Shown one piece after another: positions 40,033 to 51,761 of a stretch of 64,000 bases of DNA (positions are counted from its first letter, which is position 1; each line of letters starts with the position of its first letter). The translations under genes were made by a program, and so were the position numbers. The notes under the pieces are model-generated. The model was given only the letters and a program-made list of their open reading frames with translations. It was not told where the DNA came from and did no database searches. Source of the stretch: Nitrospinales bacterium (GTDB taxonomy: Bacteria; Nitrospinota_A; UBA7883; JACRGQ01); assembly GCA_023248495.1 (NCBI GenBank), contig JAHFEK010000005.1, forward strand, positions 6,560-70,559, in the 5' to 3' direction.

Positions 40033-41547
40033 ATGTTTAGAATTACGAACCAGATGATGTACAACAACTCCCTCGTCAATATGTATACTCAAAACGAAGG
40101 ACTGTATAAATCGTCGGAACAGATGTCCTCCGGCAAGCGGGTAAACCGCCCCTCGGATGATCCGTTGGCCATAGGCGAAATAATGAATTTCCAGACCAGA
40201 TTGGACCGCAACGACCGGTATGCCACTTTTACCCAAAAAGCCAAGGGCGTGTTGAGCACCAGCGAGTCGCTTATCGCTTCCACCACCGATGTGGCCAGCC
40301 GCGCCCGTGAACTGGCGATGGGAGCGGCCAGCGGCACGTCAACCCCCCAAACCCGCCTCACCACATCATTGGAAATCGATAACCTTATTCAGCACACCAT
40401 ACAGACCGGAAACGGCAAATTTGGATCGGACTTCCTTTTCAGCGGGCGTTCGACCAACGTCCCCCCGGTGACGCAAAACGGCAGCTATCAAGGAGACACC
40501 GTGGCGCTGGACGCCGCTCTCAGCGAAAGCGCCTCCATAGCCATGACGGTCAAGGCGTCGGATTTCCTCATGGCCGATTTGTCGCCGCGATTGACGGTCA
40601 ACACGCCCCTTTCATCGGTAAAACTTGGACAGGGTATTGGCACGGGAACCTTTACCATTACCGACCGCGCCGGCGGCACGGGCACGGTAAACGTTACCCC
40701 CGGCATGACGGTTGGCAACCTGATCAGCGCTATCAACGGATCGGGGGCAAACGTCACGGCATCACTTCCGGCTTCGGGCACGTACTCCTTCCAGATAGTG
40801 GATAACAATACGACAACCGTCACCGGCCCGCTGCGTATCAACGATACCGCTGGCACGACCGCAGCCTCGCTGGGTATCGCGGGAAACCGCCCCGTGCGGG
40901 TCATGAAAAGCGACAGCCTCCGCCCCTCCGCAACGGCCGGCACCGCGCTGGCCGACCTGTATGGCGGCATCGGGCTTCCCCTTTCCGACATTTCCGTGAT
41001 TAACGGATCCACCTCCGCGACGGTTTCATTCGCCGGCGCCTCGACGGTGGGGGACATCATCAATGCCATCAATGCTTCGGGCGCAAACGTCACATCGGCG
41101 TTGAACGCGAACGGCACCTCCCTGACACTGACCTCCAATAACCCGTCCACCGTCGCATACGCAAAAGACATCAACGCGGGAAAAACCGCGGATCAACTGG
41201 GCATTGGCGGCGGGCGCAACCTGATTTTGAACCTTCAACGCCTTTCAGCCGCGCTCAAAAACAACGATGTCAAGGCGATTTCGGGCCTTTTGGACAACCT
41301 TTCCACCTCTATCGACACGACCTCCTCCATGCGGGGTGAAATTGGGGCGCGCATCAACCGTCTGGATACCAACACCACACAGCTTGAATCTTCAAAAGCC
41401 GACGTTACCACGATGCTCTCCAACGCACAGGACGCCGACATGGCGAAGGCCATATCGGATTTCTCGCTGTTGCAGGCCGCATACCAGGCAACGGCACGGA
41501 CGACGGCTCAAATCATTCAGCCCTCGCTGCTGAATTTCTTAAAATAA
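40033..41547 (+). CDS. flgL: flagellar hook-associated protein 3 FlgL (with internally repeated central region)
   Basis: MFRITNQMMYNNSLVNM...SSGKRVNRPSDDP N-terminus and flagellin-like C-terminus. Confidence 0.85.
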   Translation: MFRITNQMMYNNSLVNMYTQNEGLYKSSEQMSSGKRVNRPSDDPLAIGEIMNFQTRLDRNDRYATFTQKAKGVLSTSESLIASTTDVASRARELAMGAASGTSTPQTRLTTSLEIDNLIQHTIQTGNGKFGSDFLFSGRSTNVPPVTQNGSYQGDTVALDAALSESASIAMTVKASDFLMADLSPRLTVNTPLSSVKLGQGIGTGTFTITDRAGGTGTVNVTPGMTVGNLISAINGSGANVTASLPASGTYSFQIVDNNTTTVTGPLRINDTAGTTAASLGIAGNRPVRVMKSDSLRPSATAGTALADLYGGIGLPLSDISVINGSTSATVSFAGASTVGDIINAINASGANVTSALNANGTSLTLTSNNPSTVAYAKDINAGKTADQLGIGGGRNLILNLQRLSAALKNNDVKAISGLLDNLSTSIDTTSSMRGEIGARINRLDTNTTQLESSKADVTTMLSNAQDADMAKAISDFSLLQAAYQATARTTAQIIQPSLLNFLK

Positions 41548-41640
41548 AAGGGGGATAAGTGGGACAACAGCGGACACTGGAGGACCGGTTTGCGGTAGAA
41601 TACCGTAAACAAAGGCCAAGGACGGCAGAGGAGACGGAAC

Positions 41641-41886
41641 ATGCTGGTATTGACACGCAAAATCGGCGAATCGATCAACATAGGCGACAACATCAAGATT
41701 CAGATCATGGATGTGAAGGGCCGCTCGGTGCGGATCGGCATCGAAGCGCCGAAGAACATGGCCATCCACCGCGAAGAGGTGTACGCAAAAATACAGGAGG
41801 AAAATCACCTCGCCTCATCGTGGCAGGGAGTGAACATGGACGCCCTCAAAACCCTCATGGGGAACATGGGAGGGAAAAAATCATGA
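41641..41886 (+). CDS. csrA: carbon storage regulator CsrA
   Basis: [48 protein letters not shown]. 81 aa. Confidence 0.93.
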   Translation: MLVLTRKIGESINIGDNIKIQIMDVKGRSVRIGIEAPKNMAIHREEVYAKIQEENHLASSWQGVNMDALKTLMGNMGGKKS

Positions 41887-42323
41887 AGATCAACACCGCG
41901 CGCTACGGCGAGATCGACATCGACCCGGCGCGGATCATTTCCGTCAACGAGGGAATAATCGGCTTTCCCAACTATCGGCGGTATATCTTCCTGCCCTTCC
42001 TCGAAGGATCGCCGTTTGAACTTTTTCAGGCGCTGGATCAACCTGACCTGGCCTTTGTGGTGGTGAATCCGTTCGTGTTCAAATCGGATTATCAATTCGA
42101 CCTCGGCGATCAGGATATTGCCGACTTGCAAGTGGTCAACAAAGAGGAAATTCAAATACGGGTGATCGTAACGATCCCCGCGGATCCGCGCGAAATGACC
42201 GCGAACCTCCAGGCGCCGCTTATTATCAATGAATCGCGCCTGCTGGCAAAGCAGATCATCCTGCACGACGATGAATACACCACGAAACACAAAGTCTTCA
42301 TGGGCGGCCAACCGGTGATTTGA
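41883..42323 (+). CDS. fliW: flagellar assembly factor FliW (CsrA antagonist)
   Basis: [38 protein letters not shown] is the FliW N-terminus. 4-nt overlap with csrA. The ORF-track start at 41559 is a frame artefact. Confidence 0.85.
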   Translation: MKINTARYGEIDIDPARIISVNEGIIGFPNYRRYIFLPFLEGSPFELFQALDQPDLAFVVVNPFVFKSDYQFDLGDQDIADLQVVNKEEIQIRVIVTIPADPREMTANLQAPLIINESRLLAKQIILHDDEYTTKHKVFMGGQPVI

Positions 42324-42333
42324 CCGCCAGACG

Positions 42334-43251
42334 TCAGTCTGTTCTGAGCGTGCTGATGATATCGGTGACGCGCGCGATGTTCTCCCTATCGCAATAGGCG
42401 TTCAGTTCTTCCGCCAGCCGCTGGCAAATGGCCGGCTCCACGAAGTTCATCGTTCCCACCTGAACGGCGGACGCGCCGGCAATAAGAAATTCCAGCGCGT
42501 CGTCCAGCGAGCCGATGCCGCCGATACCGATAACCGGTATCTCCACCGTCTTCACGCACTCGTAGACCATCTTCAATGCCACCGGCTTGATGGCCGGACC
42601 GGAAAGCCCCCCAAACACCCGTTTGATTTTCGGGCGGCGCGTTTTCACGTCTATGCTCATCCCCTTGAGCGTGTTGATGGCGCTGATGGCATCGCCGCCG
42701 CCGTTTTCCACCGCCGCGGCGAAGGGGCGGATATCCGCCACATTTGGCGAGAGCTTTACAATAAGCGGTTTGCCGGGGCAAACTTTTTTCACGGCGGCGG
42801 TAAGCTTTTCCAGAAACACCGGGTCGCCGCCGAATTCGATGCCCCCTTTGTCCACGTTGGGACAGGAGACGTTCATTTCCAGCGCGTGTACTCCGTCCAT
42901 CGCCGCCAGCCGCCGTGCCGCCTCCACATAGTCCGCCTCAGTGTCGCCGAAAAAATTGGCGATGACCGTTGCGCCAGCCTGGCGTATCTTCGGCAGTTTT
43001 TCCGCTTCAAACGCATCGATCCCCACATTTTCAAGGCCGATGGAATTGATCATGCCGCATGGCGTTTCACAGATACGCGGCATCTGGTTCCCCGCGCGCG
43101 ATTTCAGCGACAGCCCTTTTGTGCAAAAGGCCCCGATCTTTTTAATATCCATCATGTCGGCGAATTCCAGTCCATAGCCGAACGTGCCGCTGGCGGAGAT
43201 GATCGGGTTTTTCAGCTCTAGCGCGCCGATGCGCACTTTCAGGTCCGCCAT
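42334..43251 (-). CDS. pyrD: dihydroorotate dehydrogenase (class 1B) catalytic subunit
   Basis: LELKNPIISASGTFGYGLEF, FMN-binding TIM-barrel motifs. Confidence 0.92.
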   Translation of the reverse strand: MADLKVRIGALELKNPIISASGTFGYGLEFADMMDIKKIGAFCTKGLSLKSRAGNQMPRICETPCGMINSIGLENVGIDAFEAEKLPKIRQAGATVIANFFGDTEADYVEAARRLAAMDGVHALEMNVSCPNVDKGGIEFGGDPVFLEKLTAAVKKVCPGKPLIVKLSPNVADIRPFAAAVENGGGDAISAINTLKGMSIDVKTRRPKIKRVFGGLSGPAIKPVALKMVYECVKTVEIPVIGIGGIGSLDDALEFLIAGASAVQVGTMNFVEPAICQRLAEELNAYCDRENIARVTDIISTLRTD

Positions 43252-43973
43252 AGCACCTCCCCGGTTTTGAAAACAGGCCCTTCAACGCACATCCGCTTCC
43301 GCCCGCCGGTGGTATCGCACACGCAGCCGAGGCAAACCCCGAAGCCGCAGCCCATCCGCTCCTCCAGCGAAAGCTCTCCACGCAATCCATCCTTAACGGC
43401 AAGCTGGTCGATGGCCTTCAGCATTCCCGTGGGGCCGCAGGCGAGGATGTAGCCGGTTTTATTTTTGTACGCTGCATGCTCTATAAGCGGCGCGGTGACA
43501 AGCCCTTTCCGGCCAACCGATCCGTTTTCCGTGGCGACATGCGCTTCTGAAAACTCATCCGAGCAGAGAATATCATTTTCGGTGGCGCCGCCGATAAAGG
43601 CCGCGGCCCTGCGCGAAGGGTTGCGTTTCGCCCAGAACAGAAGCGGCGCGACGCCGATGCCGCCGGCCACCAAAAGCACGGCATCCGTTTTGGGCGGGGT
43701 GAAGGCCGAGCCGAACGGCCCGAGGACATCGATATGGTCACCTGCTTTTTTTTCAGCTAGCAACGCGGTCCCGCGCCCCACCACTTTAAAAATCACGCTC
43801 ATGACACCGCCATCAAGACCCGCGATGCTCATGGGCCGGCGCAATAACGGATCGTTGTGTTCCGCCACTTTCAGCATGATGAACTGCCCCGGCAAAGCCT
43901 CGCCGGCGAATTCAAATTCCATGCGGAAGTATCCGCGCTTCACCTCTCTGCTTGTTATGATATTTGACTTCAT
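43239..43973 (-). CDS. pyrK: dihydroorotate dehydrogenase electron-transfer subunit (FAD/[2Fe-2S])
   Basis: FAD/NAD-binding blocks and C-terminal CGFGVCLGCV Fe-S cluster motif. Overlaps the pyrD start. Confidence 0.88.
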   Translation of the reverse strand: MKSNIITSREVKRGYFRMEFEFAGEALPGQFIMLKVAEHNDPLLRRPMSIAGLDGGVMSVIFKVVGRGTALLAEKKAGDHIDVLGPFGSAFTPPKTDAVLLVAGGIGVAPLLFWAKRNPSRRAAAFIGGATENDILCSDEFSEAHVATENGSVGRKGLVTAPLIEHAAYKNKTGYILACGPTGMLKAIDQLAVKDGLRGELSLEERMGCGFGVCLGCVCDTTGGRKRMCVEGPVFKTGEVLWRT

Positions 43974-44043
43974 TGTTATATTTGATCCATGCGTATTTTA
44001 GCGTACCTCGCAATGCAAAATCAGAATTTGTAATTTCATAAAT

Positions 44044-45492
44044 TCAGCGCGCGGTCTCCAAAGGCTCCAGGCCGATTTTGCCGATAAATTCGAAAAGCTG
44101 AAGCTGCACGCTCAAATCACCGTCCGTCAGCTTGATATGGGTGGCGTCGGCGATGTCCTGCCCAAAGGTCGGATCCATCGCCACCCACTCACCGGCCCAC
44201 ACTTCGGGCCACGCATGGTAGAGGAAACCTTTATAGTCCTCGGCATACACGATGCCGGAGACGGTTCTTACCGGAATGCCCGCCGCTTTCGCCAGCGCCG
44301 CGAAAAGATTGGTGTGCGACTGGCATTCCCCCTCAAGCGATTTCAGCGTTGCCACGCCCGAGAACGTGTCTATATATTTTTTCTTCACGTTGGTAAAAAC
44401 CCACCGGTTGATTTTCACGGCGGCGCGGAACAGGTCGGTTTCCGTGCCGGTGATTTCCGCCGCTTTGGCGATGACGGCGGGGTCATCCGATTGCGCCTCG
44501 ATCGTGGGCTTCAGGAATTCGCCGAACCGGGGCGCGGGCGCGGGACGGCTTATCCGGACGATATTTTTCTCGCGGTTTTTCCGCACCTCCAGCGTCACGG
44601 TCCACGGCGGCCCGCCGTTACCCGCCGATTTTTCGGCTGAAAGAATTTTCTGCCGGTCGTCGCCTGGTATCAGATCGGGCGCATCGAGGCCGGTGATCCG
44701 CGCGCGCAGCAGTGTAACTGCGCCGGCTTTCTCCACGGGCCGCGCCACGGGAATGAGGCTGTACGCCAGCAGGCCGGTGAAGCTGACTCGCTCCAGCGGA
44801 AAATCGAGCGCCTGTTTTTCGCTCACCGGCCGCGAAACAAAACCCATCGGGGATATTTCGCGCAGAACGCGCCCCTCCGGCGTGATATAGGAAACGGTGG
44901 CGAAGCTCTTAAGCTTCATTGTGACCGGAAACACCTTCGCCTTTTTTCCTTCAAAATCGAAATCCATCAGGGGGCCGACTTCGACATTCATCGTTTCGGA
45001 GGCGAGCAGCGGCTCCAGAAACACGCGGAACGAAAACTTTTCACCGCCCCGCAGCTTTTTTTTCCCCAGCAACAGGGCCATTGTGTCGGCCACATAAACC
45101 TGATCTTCCAGCGGCACCGTTTTGTGGCTGACCGCCCCGGCCGATTCCACGGTCACCGCCATTTCATTTCCCCGCACCACGCCTTCGAAATACTGGCGGT
45201 GATTGAGCATCTTCTGCATGTAAGTGAACCTTAGGGGACGAAAGTCCGCGTCGAGGAAATAGGCGCTGCTGGTGCTCAAGTCCTGTTCCGCGCCCCCCAT
45301 TTCCATCTTCATCACCGCTTTGCTTTCGATGCGGTACCCGGAGCTGTCTTTGGTGACTTTTTGGTGGGAGAAACCGATTTTTTTGCCGTTCATCTGAAGT
45401 TCCATCCACTCGTCGGCGATGGTTTCAGCGGAAGCGGGAAGGCAACAATACAGAAGAAAAAGGGCCGCCAGAACCGCCGTTTTACGGCGCAT
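44044..45492 (-). CDS. secreted transglutaminase-like (Cys-His-Asp) domain protein
   Basis: Signal peptide from the internal Met ([17 protein letters not shown]). C-terminal [11 protein letters not shown]...YHAWPEVW...MDPTFG transglutaminase-like core. The upstream extension would overlap carB. Confidence 0.7.
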   Translation of the reverse strand: MRRKTAVLAALFLLYCCLPASAETIADEWMELQMNGKKIGFSHQKVTKDSSGYRIESKAVMKMEMGGAEQDLSTSSAYFLDADFRPLRFTYMQKMLNHRQYFEGVVRGNEMAVTVESAGAVSHKTVPLEDQVYVADTMALLLGKKKLRGGEKFSFRVFLEPLLASETMNVEVGPLMDFDFEGKKAKVFPVTMKLKSFATVSYITPEGRVLREISPMGFVSRPVSEKQALDFPLERVSFTGLLAYSLIPVARPVEKAGAVTLLRARITGLDAPDLIPGDDRQKILSAEKSAGNGGPPWTVTLEVRKNREKNIVRISRPAPAPRFGEFLKPTIEAQSDDPAVIAKAAEITGTETDLFRAAVKINRWVFTNVKKKYIDTFSGVATLKSLEGECQSHTNLFAALAKAAGIPVRTVSGIVYAEDYKGFLYHAWPEVWAGEWVAMDPTFGQDIADATHIKLTDGDLSVQLQLFEFIGKIGLEPLETAR

Positions 45493-48400
45493 GATACTCC
45501 TGCAACGAGCGAACTTCGATTTCCCCCTCGCCCATCGCCTTGATGGCGGCAATGTACGAATGTGCCCCGGCGATGGTGGTGGTGTAGGGAATATTGAGGT
45601 TCAACGCCGTGCGGCGGATCGATTGGCTATCGAGAATAGCCTGTTTGCCAAAGGTGGTATTCACCACCAGCGCGATCTGAGCCGCCTCCATCATTTCCAC
45701 GATGTGCGGCGAGCCGTCTTTCACCTTGTTCACGATTTCAGCCGAAAGGCCACCTTCCCTAAGCGCCGCGCCGGTTCCCGCGGTGGCCACCAGCGTGAAA
45801 CCAAGCCCGGTCAGGCCTCGGGCGACCTCCACGGCCGCCTTCCGGTCATACTCGGCGACAGAGAGGAAAGCCTTTCCGCCGCGCGGAATTTTGGCGCCCG
45901 ATCCCAGTGTGGCGCGGGCGAACGCCGATCCAAAGGACCAGTCTATCCCCATCACTTCGCCGGTCGATTTCATTTCAGGCCCCAGGAGCACATCGACCCC
46001 CGGAAATTTTATGAAGGGAAATACCGCTTCTTTTACGCTGACATGCCGGGGCATTTTCTGGCTGACGAAGCCGAGATCGGTCAGCGTTTCACCGGCCATC
46101 ACGCGCGCGGCAATCTTGGCCAGCGGCACCCCGGTCGCCTTGGCGACGAACGGCACGGTGCGCGAGGCGCGCGGATTTACTTCGAGGACGTAGACGGCGT
46201 CCCCTTTTACGGCGAACTGGATGTTCAGCAGGCCGATGACGTTCAGTTCGTCGGCCAGTTTTTTGGTTTGGATGCAGATTTCATCGATAATCTTTTGCGG
46301 CAGGTCGCGCGGCGGCAACGAGCAGGCGCTATCGCCGCTGTGGACACCCGCCTCTTCAATGTGCTGCATCACGCCCCCCACCACGGTCAGCGTGCCGTCG
46401 CGCACGGCATCCACATCCACTTCGGTACTGTCGTTTAAAAACTTGTCGATAAGCACCGGCCGGTCATGCGACACCTTCACGGCGTTCTCCATGTACCGCG
46501 TGAGCGACGCCTCGTCGTATACGATCTCCATCGCGCGGCCGCCCAGCACATAGGAGGGACGCACCACCACCGGATAGCCGATGCGGTTACATATGGCGAC
46601 GGCCTCCGGCTTATTGGTGGCCGTGCCGTTTTCCGGCTGCCTGAGTCCGAGCTTTACAACCACTTCCTGAAACCGTTTGCGATCCTCGGCACGGTCGATG
46701 GCATCCGGCGACGTGCCGATAATCGGCACGCCGGCCTTCTCCAAGGATACCGCGAGCTTCAAAGGCGTTTGCCCGCCAAATTGCACAATAACGCCCACCG
46801 GCTTTTCCTTGTCCACTATTTCCAGCACGTCCTCAAGGGTGAGCGGCTCAAAATAAAGCCGGTCGGCGGTGTCGAAATCGGTGGAAACGGTTTCGGGATT
46901 GCAGTTCACCATGATGGTTTCGTACCCGGCTTCCTTGAGCGCGAAAACACCATGCACGCAACAGTAATCGAATTCAATCCCCTGCCCGATGCGGTTGGGA
47001 CCGCCGCCGAGGATCATGATTTTCTTTCTGGATGTCGGCTCGGATTCGCACTCTTCCTCGTAAGTGGAATACATGTACGGAGTGAGCGCCTCAAACTCTG
47101 CGGCGCAGGTATCGATCCGCTTAAAAACGGGGCGGACGCCAAGCGCATGCCTTTTTTCGCGCACGGCGGACTCCTTCACGCCGCAAATCCGGGCGATCCG
47201 CCGGTCGCCGAATCCCATCCGTTTGTATGTCCGCATCGCATCGGCGGTGGCGGGAAGGCCTGCGGCCTTCAGTGCCGCCTCAGCCTCGACAATTTCCTTG
47301 ATGTTATCCAAGAACCAGGGATCGATGTGGGTGAGGCCATGCACCTCTTCAATACTCCAGCCAAAACGGAATGCCTGCGCCGCTCCCAGGATGCGGAACG
47401 GATAGGAGGTCTTGAGCTTTTCCTTCAAATCCTCCGGGGTGATGGACACTTCGTCCAGCCCGTCGATGCCGGTCTCCATGGATCGGAGCGCTTTTTGCAA
47501 CGACTCCTTGAAGGTGCGTCCAATCGCCATCGCCTCGCCCACCGATTTCATCTGCGAGCTGAGCAACGCCTCCGCCTGTGGAAATTTTTCGAAATCGAAA
47601 CGCGGTATTTTGGTGACGCAGTAGTCGATGGACGGCTCGAACGCGGCCCAGGTCTTTTTGGTGATGTCATTCGGTATCTCGTCCAGCGTGTAGCCGATGG
47701 AGAGCTTCGCCGCGATGCGCGCGATCGGAAAGCCGGTGGCCTTGCTGGCGAGCGCGGAACTGCGCGACACGCGCGGATTCATTTCAATGATCTGCAGTTC
47801 GCCGTCGGCGGGATTCACGGCGTACTGGATGTTGCTGCCGCCGGTGTCCACGCCGATCTTGCGGATGATCTTCAACGCCGCGTCGCGCATCATCTGGTAT
47901 TCGCGGTCGGTGAGCGTCTGCGCGGGGGCGACGGTAATGCTATCGCCGGTGTGCACCCCCATCGGATCGAGATTCTCGATGGAGCATACGATGACGACGT
48001 TGTCCTTGCGGTCACGCATCACTTCCAGCTCGAATTCCTTCCAGCCGAGGAGCGACTGCTCAATCATGATTTCGGTGATGGGGCTTTGGGCCAGCCCCCA
48101 TTTGGCCTTTTCGATAAAGTCTTTGCGGGTATTCGCCACGCCGCCGCCCTGCCCGCCCAGGGTGAACGAAGGGCGGATGATGCATGGCAGGCCGACGCGG
48201 TCAACCACTTCCATCGCCTTTTCAAAGGTGTTGGCGAAGCCGGAGCGCGGCACGTTGAGGCCGATTTCGATCATAGCCTGCTTGAAAAGCGAGCGGTCTT
48301 CGGCGCGCTTAATCGCATCAAGATTCGCACCGATCATCTCCACGTTGTACTGCTTCAGCACGCCGCTTTCGGCCAGACCGACCGCGAGGTTAAGCGCCGT

Positions 48401-48679
48401 CTGCCCGCCGACGGTGGGAAGCACCGCATCGGGCCGTTCGCGCTTGATGATCTTCGCCAACACGTCGACCGTCAGCGGCTCCACATAGGTGCGGTCGGCG
48501 AACTGCGGATCGGTCATGATGGTGGCTGGATTGCTGTTGGCAAGAATCACGCGGATTCCCTCCTCCATCAACGCCTTGGCCGCCTGGGTTCCCGAGTAAT
48601 CGAATTCGCACGCTTGGCCGATCACGATGGGGCCGGCCCCGATAATCAGCACGCTCCTAATATCTTTTCGTTTTGGCAC
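45482..48679 (-). CDS. carB: carbamoyl-phosphate synthase large subunit
   Basis: Duplicated ATP-grasp halves and MGS-like C-terminus. 1065 aa. Confidence 0.95.
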   Translation of the reverse strand: MPKRKDIRSVLIIGAGPIVIGQACEFDYSGTQAAKALMEEGIRVILANSNPATIMTDPQFADRTYVEPLTVDVLAKIIKRERPDAVLPTVGGQTALNLAVGLAESGVLKQYNVEMIGANLDAIKRAEDRSLFKQAMIEIGLNVPRSGFANTFEKAMEVVDRVGLPCIIRPSFTLGGQGGGVANTRKDFIEKAKWGLAQSPITEIMIEQSLLGWKEFELEVMRDRKDNVVIVCSIENLDPMGVHTGDSITVAPAQTLTDREYQMMRDAALKIIRKIGVDTGGSNIQYAVNPADGELQIIEMNPRVSRSSALASKATGFPIARIAAKLSIGYTLDEIPNDITKKTWAAFEPSIDYCVTKIPRFDFEKFPQAEALLSSQMKSVGEAMAIGRTFKESLQKALRSMETGIDGLDEVSITPEDLKEKLKTSYPFRILGAAQAFRFGWSIEEVHGLTHIDPWFLDNIKEIVEAEAALKAAGLPATADAMRTYKRMGFGDRRIARICGVKESAVREKRHALGVRPVFKRIDTCAAEFEALTPYMYSTYEEECESEPTSRKKIMILGGGPNRIGQGIEFDYCCVHGVFALKEAGYETIMVNCNPETVSTDFDTADRLYFEPLTLEDVLEIVDKEKPVGVIVQFGGQTPLKLAVSLEKAGVPIIGTSPDAIDRAEDRKRFQEVVVKLGLRQPENGTATNKPEAVAICNRIGYPVVVRPSYVLGGRAMEIVYDEASLTRYMENAVKVSHDRPVLIDKFLNDSTEVDVDAVRDGTLTVVGGVMQHIEEAGVHSGDSACSLPPRDLPQKIIDEICIQTKKLADELNVIGLLNIQFAVKGDAVYVLEVNPRASRTVPFVAKATGVPLAKIAARVMAGETLTDLGFVSQKMPRHVSVKEAVFPFIKFPGVDVLLGPEMKSTGEVMGIDWSFGSAFARATLGSGAKIPRGGKAFLSVAEYDRKAAVEVARGLTGLGFTLVATAGTGAALREGGLSAEIVNKVKDGSPHIVEMMEAAQIALVVNTTFGKQAILDSQSIRRTALNLNIPYTTTIAGAHSYIAAIKAMGEGEIEVRSLQEYHAP

Positions 48680-48682
48680 GGG

Positions 48683-49351
48683 TCACATCCTGTAAATATC
48701 TTCAATGCTGATCTGCCGGAAGCGGCGCCACTTCAGCTGCATTCCCTGCAGTTTAAAAAATAACTCTTGGCCCAGCGGCTTATTCTTGTATTTTCGCAAT
48801 TCAGCGCGGATCGGACGCAACGCGGTCTTTGGATGCAACACGTGGGTATAGGTGAAAAAACAACCTTTACCCACGCAAATAACGCGGCTTTCAAGGATGT
48901 CTCCCGCTTCCAGATGGTCGTCGCCGGTAACCACATAGTTACGCCGCCCCGCCAAATCGCGCGCGACGGTTACGCCGCCAACGCATGATTTAACCAAAAA
49001 GACCGAGTGCACCTGGCGCGAAAGCGCGATCCAGTTAATCATATCGGCGGAACTTGTTTCCTTCCGTTTTTCGTCGAGAAACCGGTCGTACACCGAGCGC
49101 GTTCCCGCCCCCCCGGGCCGATAATCGAAAATGAACCACTCGAGGAACGTATTCATCCGCTGTATGAAATCGGGGTCATCTTCGTTGGTCTTGCCCGCTT
49201 TTATATAAAACATTTCACGGGCGGTATTGAGGCTTTCGGCAAAACGCGGCTCGGAGGCGTATTCGATCAACCGGTCCAGCAGGCCGCGGATCACATGGTA
49301 ACCCTCCGGGGCCGGTTGGCCGATGGTCTTTTTGAAGATGAAGTCGAGCAT
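48683..49351 (-). CDS. uncharacterised 222-aa protein embedded between carA and carB
   Basis: Its start shares the ATGA with the carA stop (49351). Its stop lies 3 nt before the carB start. Good codon-usage look. No family recognised. Confidence 0.55.
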   Translation of the reverse strand: MLDFIFKKTIGQPAPEGYHVIRGLLDRLIEYASEPRFAESLNTAREMFYIKAGKTNEDDPDFIQRMNTFLEWFIFDYRPGGAGTRSVYDRFLDEKRKETSSADMINWIALSRQVHSVFLVKSCVGGVTVARDLAGRRNYVVTGDDHLEAGDILESRVICVGKGCFFTYTHVLHPKTALRPIRAELRKYKNKPLGQELFFKLQGMQLKWRRFRQISIEDIYRM

Positions 49352-50478
49352 CAGGCAACGCTCCCGTGTTGTGCCATTATTTCAACGAATTGGTCGAAAT
49401 GCACGGTCGTATCGTGCGGACCGGGTGACGCTTCAGGATGGTACTGTACCGAAAATGCGGGAAATGTCTTGTGACGCACCCCTTCCACCGTGTTGTCGTT
49501 GAGGCTAAGGTGGGTTATTTCCAGCGCGGCGGGGAGCGTTTCGCCGTCGACGGCGAAGCCGTGATTTTGCGAAGTAATCCGCACCACCCGCCCGGCGGCA
49601 ATATCCATCACCGGGTGGTTGCAGCCGCGGTGGCCGAATTTCAGCTTGAATGTTTTTGCCCCCAGCGCGAGGCTCATGATCTGATGCCCCAGGCAAATGC
49701 CAAAAATGGGGTACTTGCCCAACATGGCTTTCACGGCGTCGATGGCGTAAATGACCGCTTCCGGGTCGCCGGGGCCGTTGGAAAGGAAAACGCCGTCCGG
49801 CTTGAACGCGGCGATTTTATCCGCCGGAGTATCGGCCGGAAATACGGTGACGGCGCAGCCCCGCTCAACCAGATGACGCAGGATATTGCGCTTGATGCCA
49901 AAATCGTACGCCGCCACTTTGAAGCGGGGCTTGATGTTTTTGCCAAAGCCTTTGCCGAGTTCCCACAATCCGCCGGTGAATTCATAGGGTGTCTTGCAGG
50001 TAACGCGCTTTGCCAAATCGGCCCCCGCCATGCTCTCGTGGGCGCGCGCTTTGGCGGTGAGGACGTCCACATCGGCGGCAACCGTGCTAATAATGCCCCG
50101 CATCGCGCCGCGGCTGCGAAGGTGGCGGGTAAGGGCGCGCGTATCGATATCGCGTATGCCGACGATACGCTGTTCTTGCAGGTATTGCTCCAGCGGCTTC
50201 GCGGCGCGGAAGTTGCTCATGATGCGGCTTGGCTCTTTCACGATAAAGCCGGCGGCCTGGATTTTTCCCGATTCTTCGTCTTCGGGCGTAATGCCGTAGT
50301 TGCCGATAAGCGGATAGGTCATGGTAATGAGCTGTCCGGTATAGGAGGGATCGGTCAAAATTTCCTGGTACCCGCTTAAGCCGGTGTTGAACACCACCTC
50401 GCCCACGGTCTCCCCGGCGGCCCCAAAAGAGTGGCCGGCAAACGCCCTGCCATCTTCGAGAACGAGTACTGCCTTCAT
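49351..50478 (-). CDS. carA: carbamoyl-phosphate synthase small (glutaminase) subunit
   Basis: CPSase small N-domain plus class-I GATase triad (GICLGHQ, H..P). Confidence 0.95.
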   Translation of the reverse strand: MKAVLVLEDGRAFAGHSFGAAGETVGEVVFNTGLSGYQEILTDPSYTGQLITMTYPLIGNYGITPEDEESGKIQAAGFIVKEPSRIMSNFRAAKPLEQYLQEQRIVGIRDIDTRALTRHLRSRGAMRGIISTVAADVDVLTAKARAHESMAGADLAKRVTCKTPYEFTGGLWELGKGFGKNIKPRFKVAAYDFGIKRNILRHLVERGCAVTVFPADTPADKIAAFKPDGVFLSNGPGDPEAVIYAIDAVKAMLGKYPIFGICLGHQIMSLALGAKTFKLKFGHRGCNHPVMDIAAGRVVRITSQNHGFAVDGETLPAALEITHLSLNDNTVEGVRHKTFPAFSVQYHPEASPGPHDTTVHFDQFVEIMAQHGSVA

Positions 50479-51761
50479 AAATTCGACGGATTATACACGA
50501 TTCGCCCCCCGACGATGGTAAGGCAATTTTTCCCCACAAGCTCCTTGCCCGCGAAGGGGGTGTTTTTGCCCAGGCTCACAAATTCGGCGGGATCCACTAT
50601 CCATTTTTTTTCCGAATCAAAAATACAAATATTGGCCGGCGCGCCCTCTTTGAGCGTCCCCCCCGGCAGGTTGAATATCTTCGCCGGGTTGGTGGAAAGC
50701 AAAGCCACAAGGCGCGGCAGCGTGACGACGCCTTCCCGCACCAGCAACATCGAAAGGCCCAACGAAGTTTCCAGCCCCACGATGCCATACGGGGCCTGAT
50801 CTATCTCCAGCTCTTTTTCCCATTTGGCGTGCGGGGCGTGATCGGTGGCGATGCAGTCGATGGTGCCATCGCGCAGCCCCTCTTTCATGGCGGCCAGATC
50901 GTCAGCGGTCCGCAACGGCGGGTTCATTTTGTAATTGGCGTCAAATGCCTCAAGGCTTTTTTCAGTGAGGGTGAAATGGTGCGGCGCCACCTCGCAGGTG
51001 ACGGCGGTTCCCAACGCTTTGGCGGCGCGCACGCTTTCCACCGCCCCGCGCGTACTGATGTGCGCTATATGAACGGGACGCTTCAGGTACGCGGCGATAT
51101 CAATGTCGCGCCGGGCGATGACGTCCTCCGCGACGGCGGGCATCCCCTTGATGCCGAGGCGGGCGCTGGTCTCCCCCTCGTTCATGATGCCGCCCTTGAC
51201 GAGGTGCTCATCCTCGCAGTGCTCCACGATGGTGAGGCCGAACATCGCGGCATAGTCCATCGCGTGCCGCAGCACGCGCGCATCCATCACGCACCTGCCA
51301 TCATCGGAAAGCGCCACCACGCCGGCTTTCTTCATCTCGCCGATCTCGGCCAGCTCTTCCCCTTTAAGCCCCTTGGTAATGGCGCCGATGGGATAAACGC
51401 GCGCGCCGTCGACGGCGGCGGCTTTTTCCAAAATGAAGCGGGTGACCGAGGCGTTATCGTTCACCGGTTTGGTGTTCGCCATGCAGCAGATGGCGGTGAA
51501 CCCGCCGGCCGCCGCGGCCATGCTGCCCGTGGCAATGGTCTCTTTGTATTCAAAACCCGGCTCGCGCAGATGGACATGCAGGTCGATAAACCCGGGGGAA
51601 ACCACCAGCCCTTCCGCGTCAACGGTTTTCGCGCCGCTGGCGGACAGGCTCTTTCCCACCTCGGCGATGACGCCGTCCTTCACGAGGACATCCAGAATGC
51701 CGTCGATGCCGCGCGACGGGTCTATCACGCGGCCGTTTTGTATCAATATCCCGTTGCTCAC
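50475..51761 (-). CDS. pyrC: dihydroorotase (multimeric/allantoinase-type)
   Basis: [13 protein letters not shown], metal-binding His/Asp pattern. Start placed at the GTG overlapping the pyrB stop (GTGA). The longer ORF would run through pyrB. Confidence 0.88.
   Translation of the reverse strand: MSNGILIQNGRVIDPSRGIDGILDVLVKDGVIAEVGKSLSASGAKTVDAEGLVVSPGFIDLHVHLREPGFEYKETIATGSMAAAAGGFTAICCMANTKPVNDNASVTRFILEKAAAVDGARVYPIGAITKGLKGEELAEIGEMKKAGVVALSDDGRCVMDARVLRHAMDYAAMFGLTIVEHCEDEHLVKGGIMNEGETSARLGIKGMPAVAEDVIARRDIDIAAYLKRPVHIAHISTRGAVESVRAAKALGTAVTCEVAPHHFTLTEKSLEAFDANYKMNPPLRTADDLAAMKEGLRDGTIDCIATDHAPHAKWEKELEIDQAPYGIVGLETSLGLSMLLVREGVVTLPRLVALLSTNPAKIFNLPGGTLKEGAPANICIFDSEKKWIVDPAEFVSLGKNTPFAGKELVGKNCLTIVGGRIVYNPSNL

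Noticed and set aside
41559-41882. N-terminal 108 codons of the 254-aa ORF-track call
   Set aside because: This segment overlaps csrA in another frame and reads Arg/Glu/His-rich without homology. The real fliW starts at 41883.
46466-48763. 765-aa plus-strand ORF
   Set aside because: Antisense to carB, which is unambiguous. The product is Arg/Gly/His-rich with no motifs.
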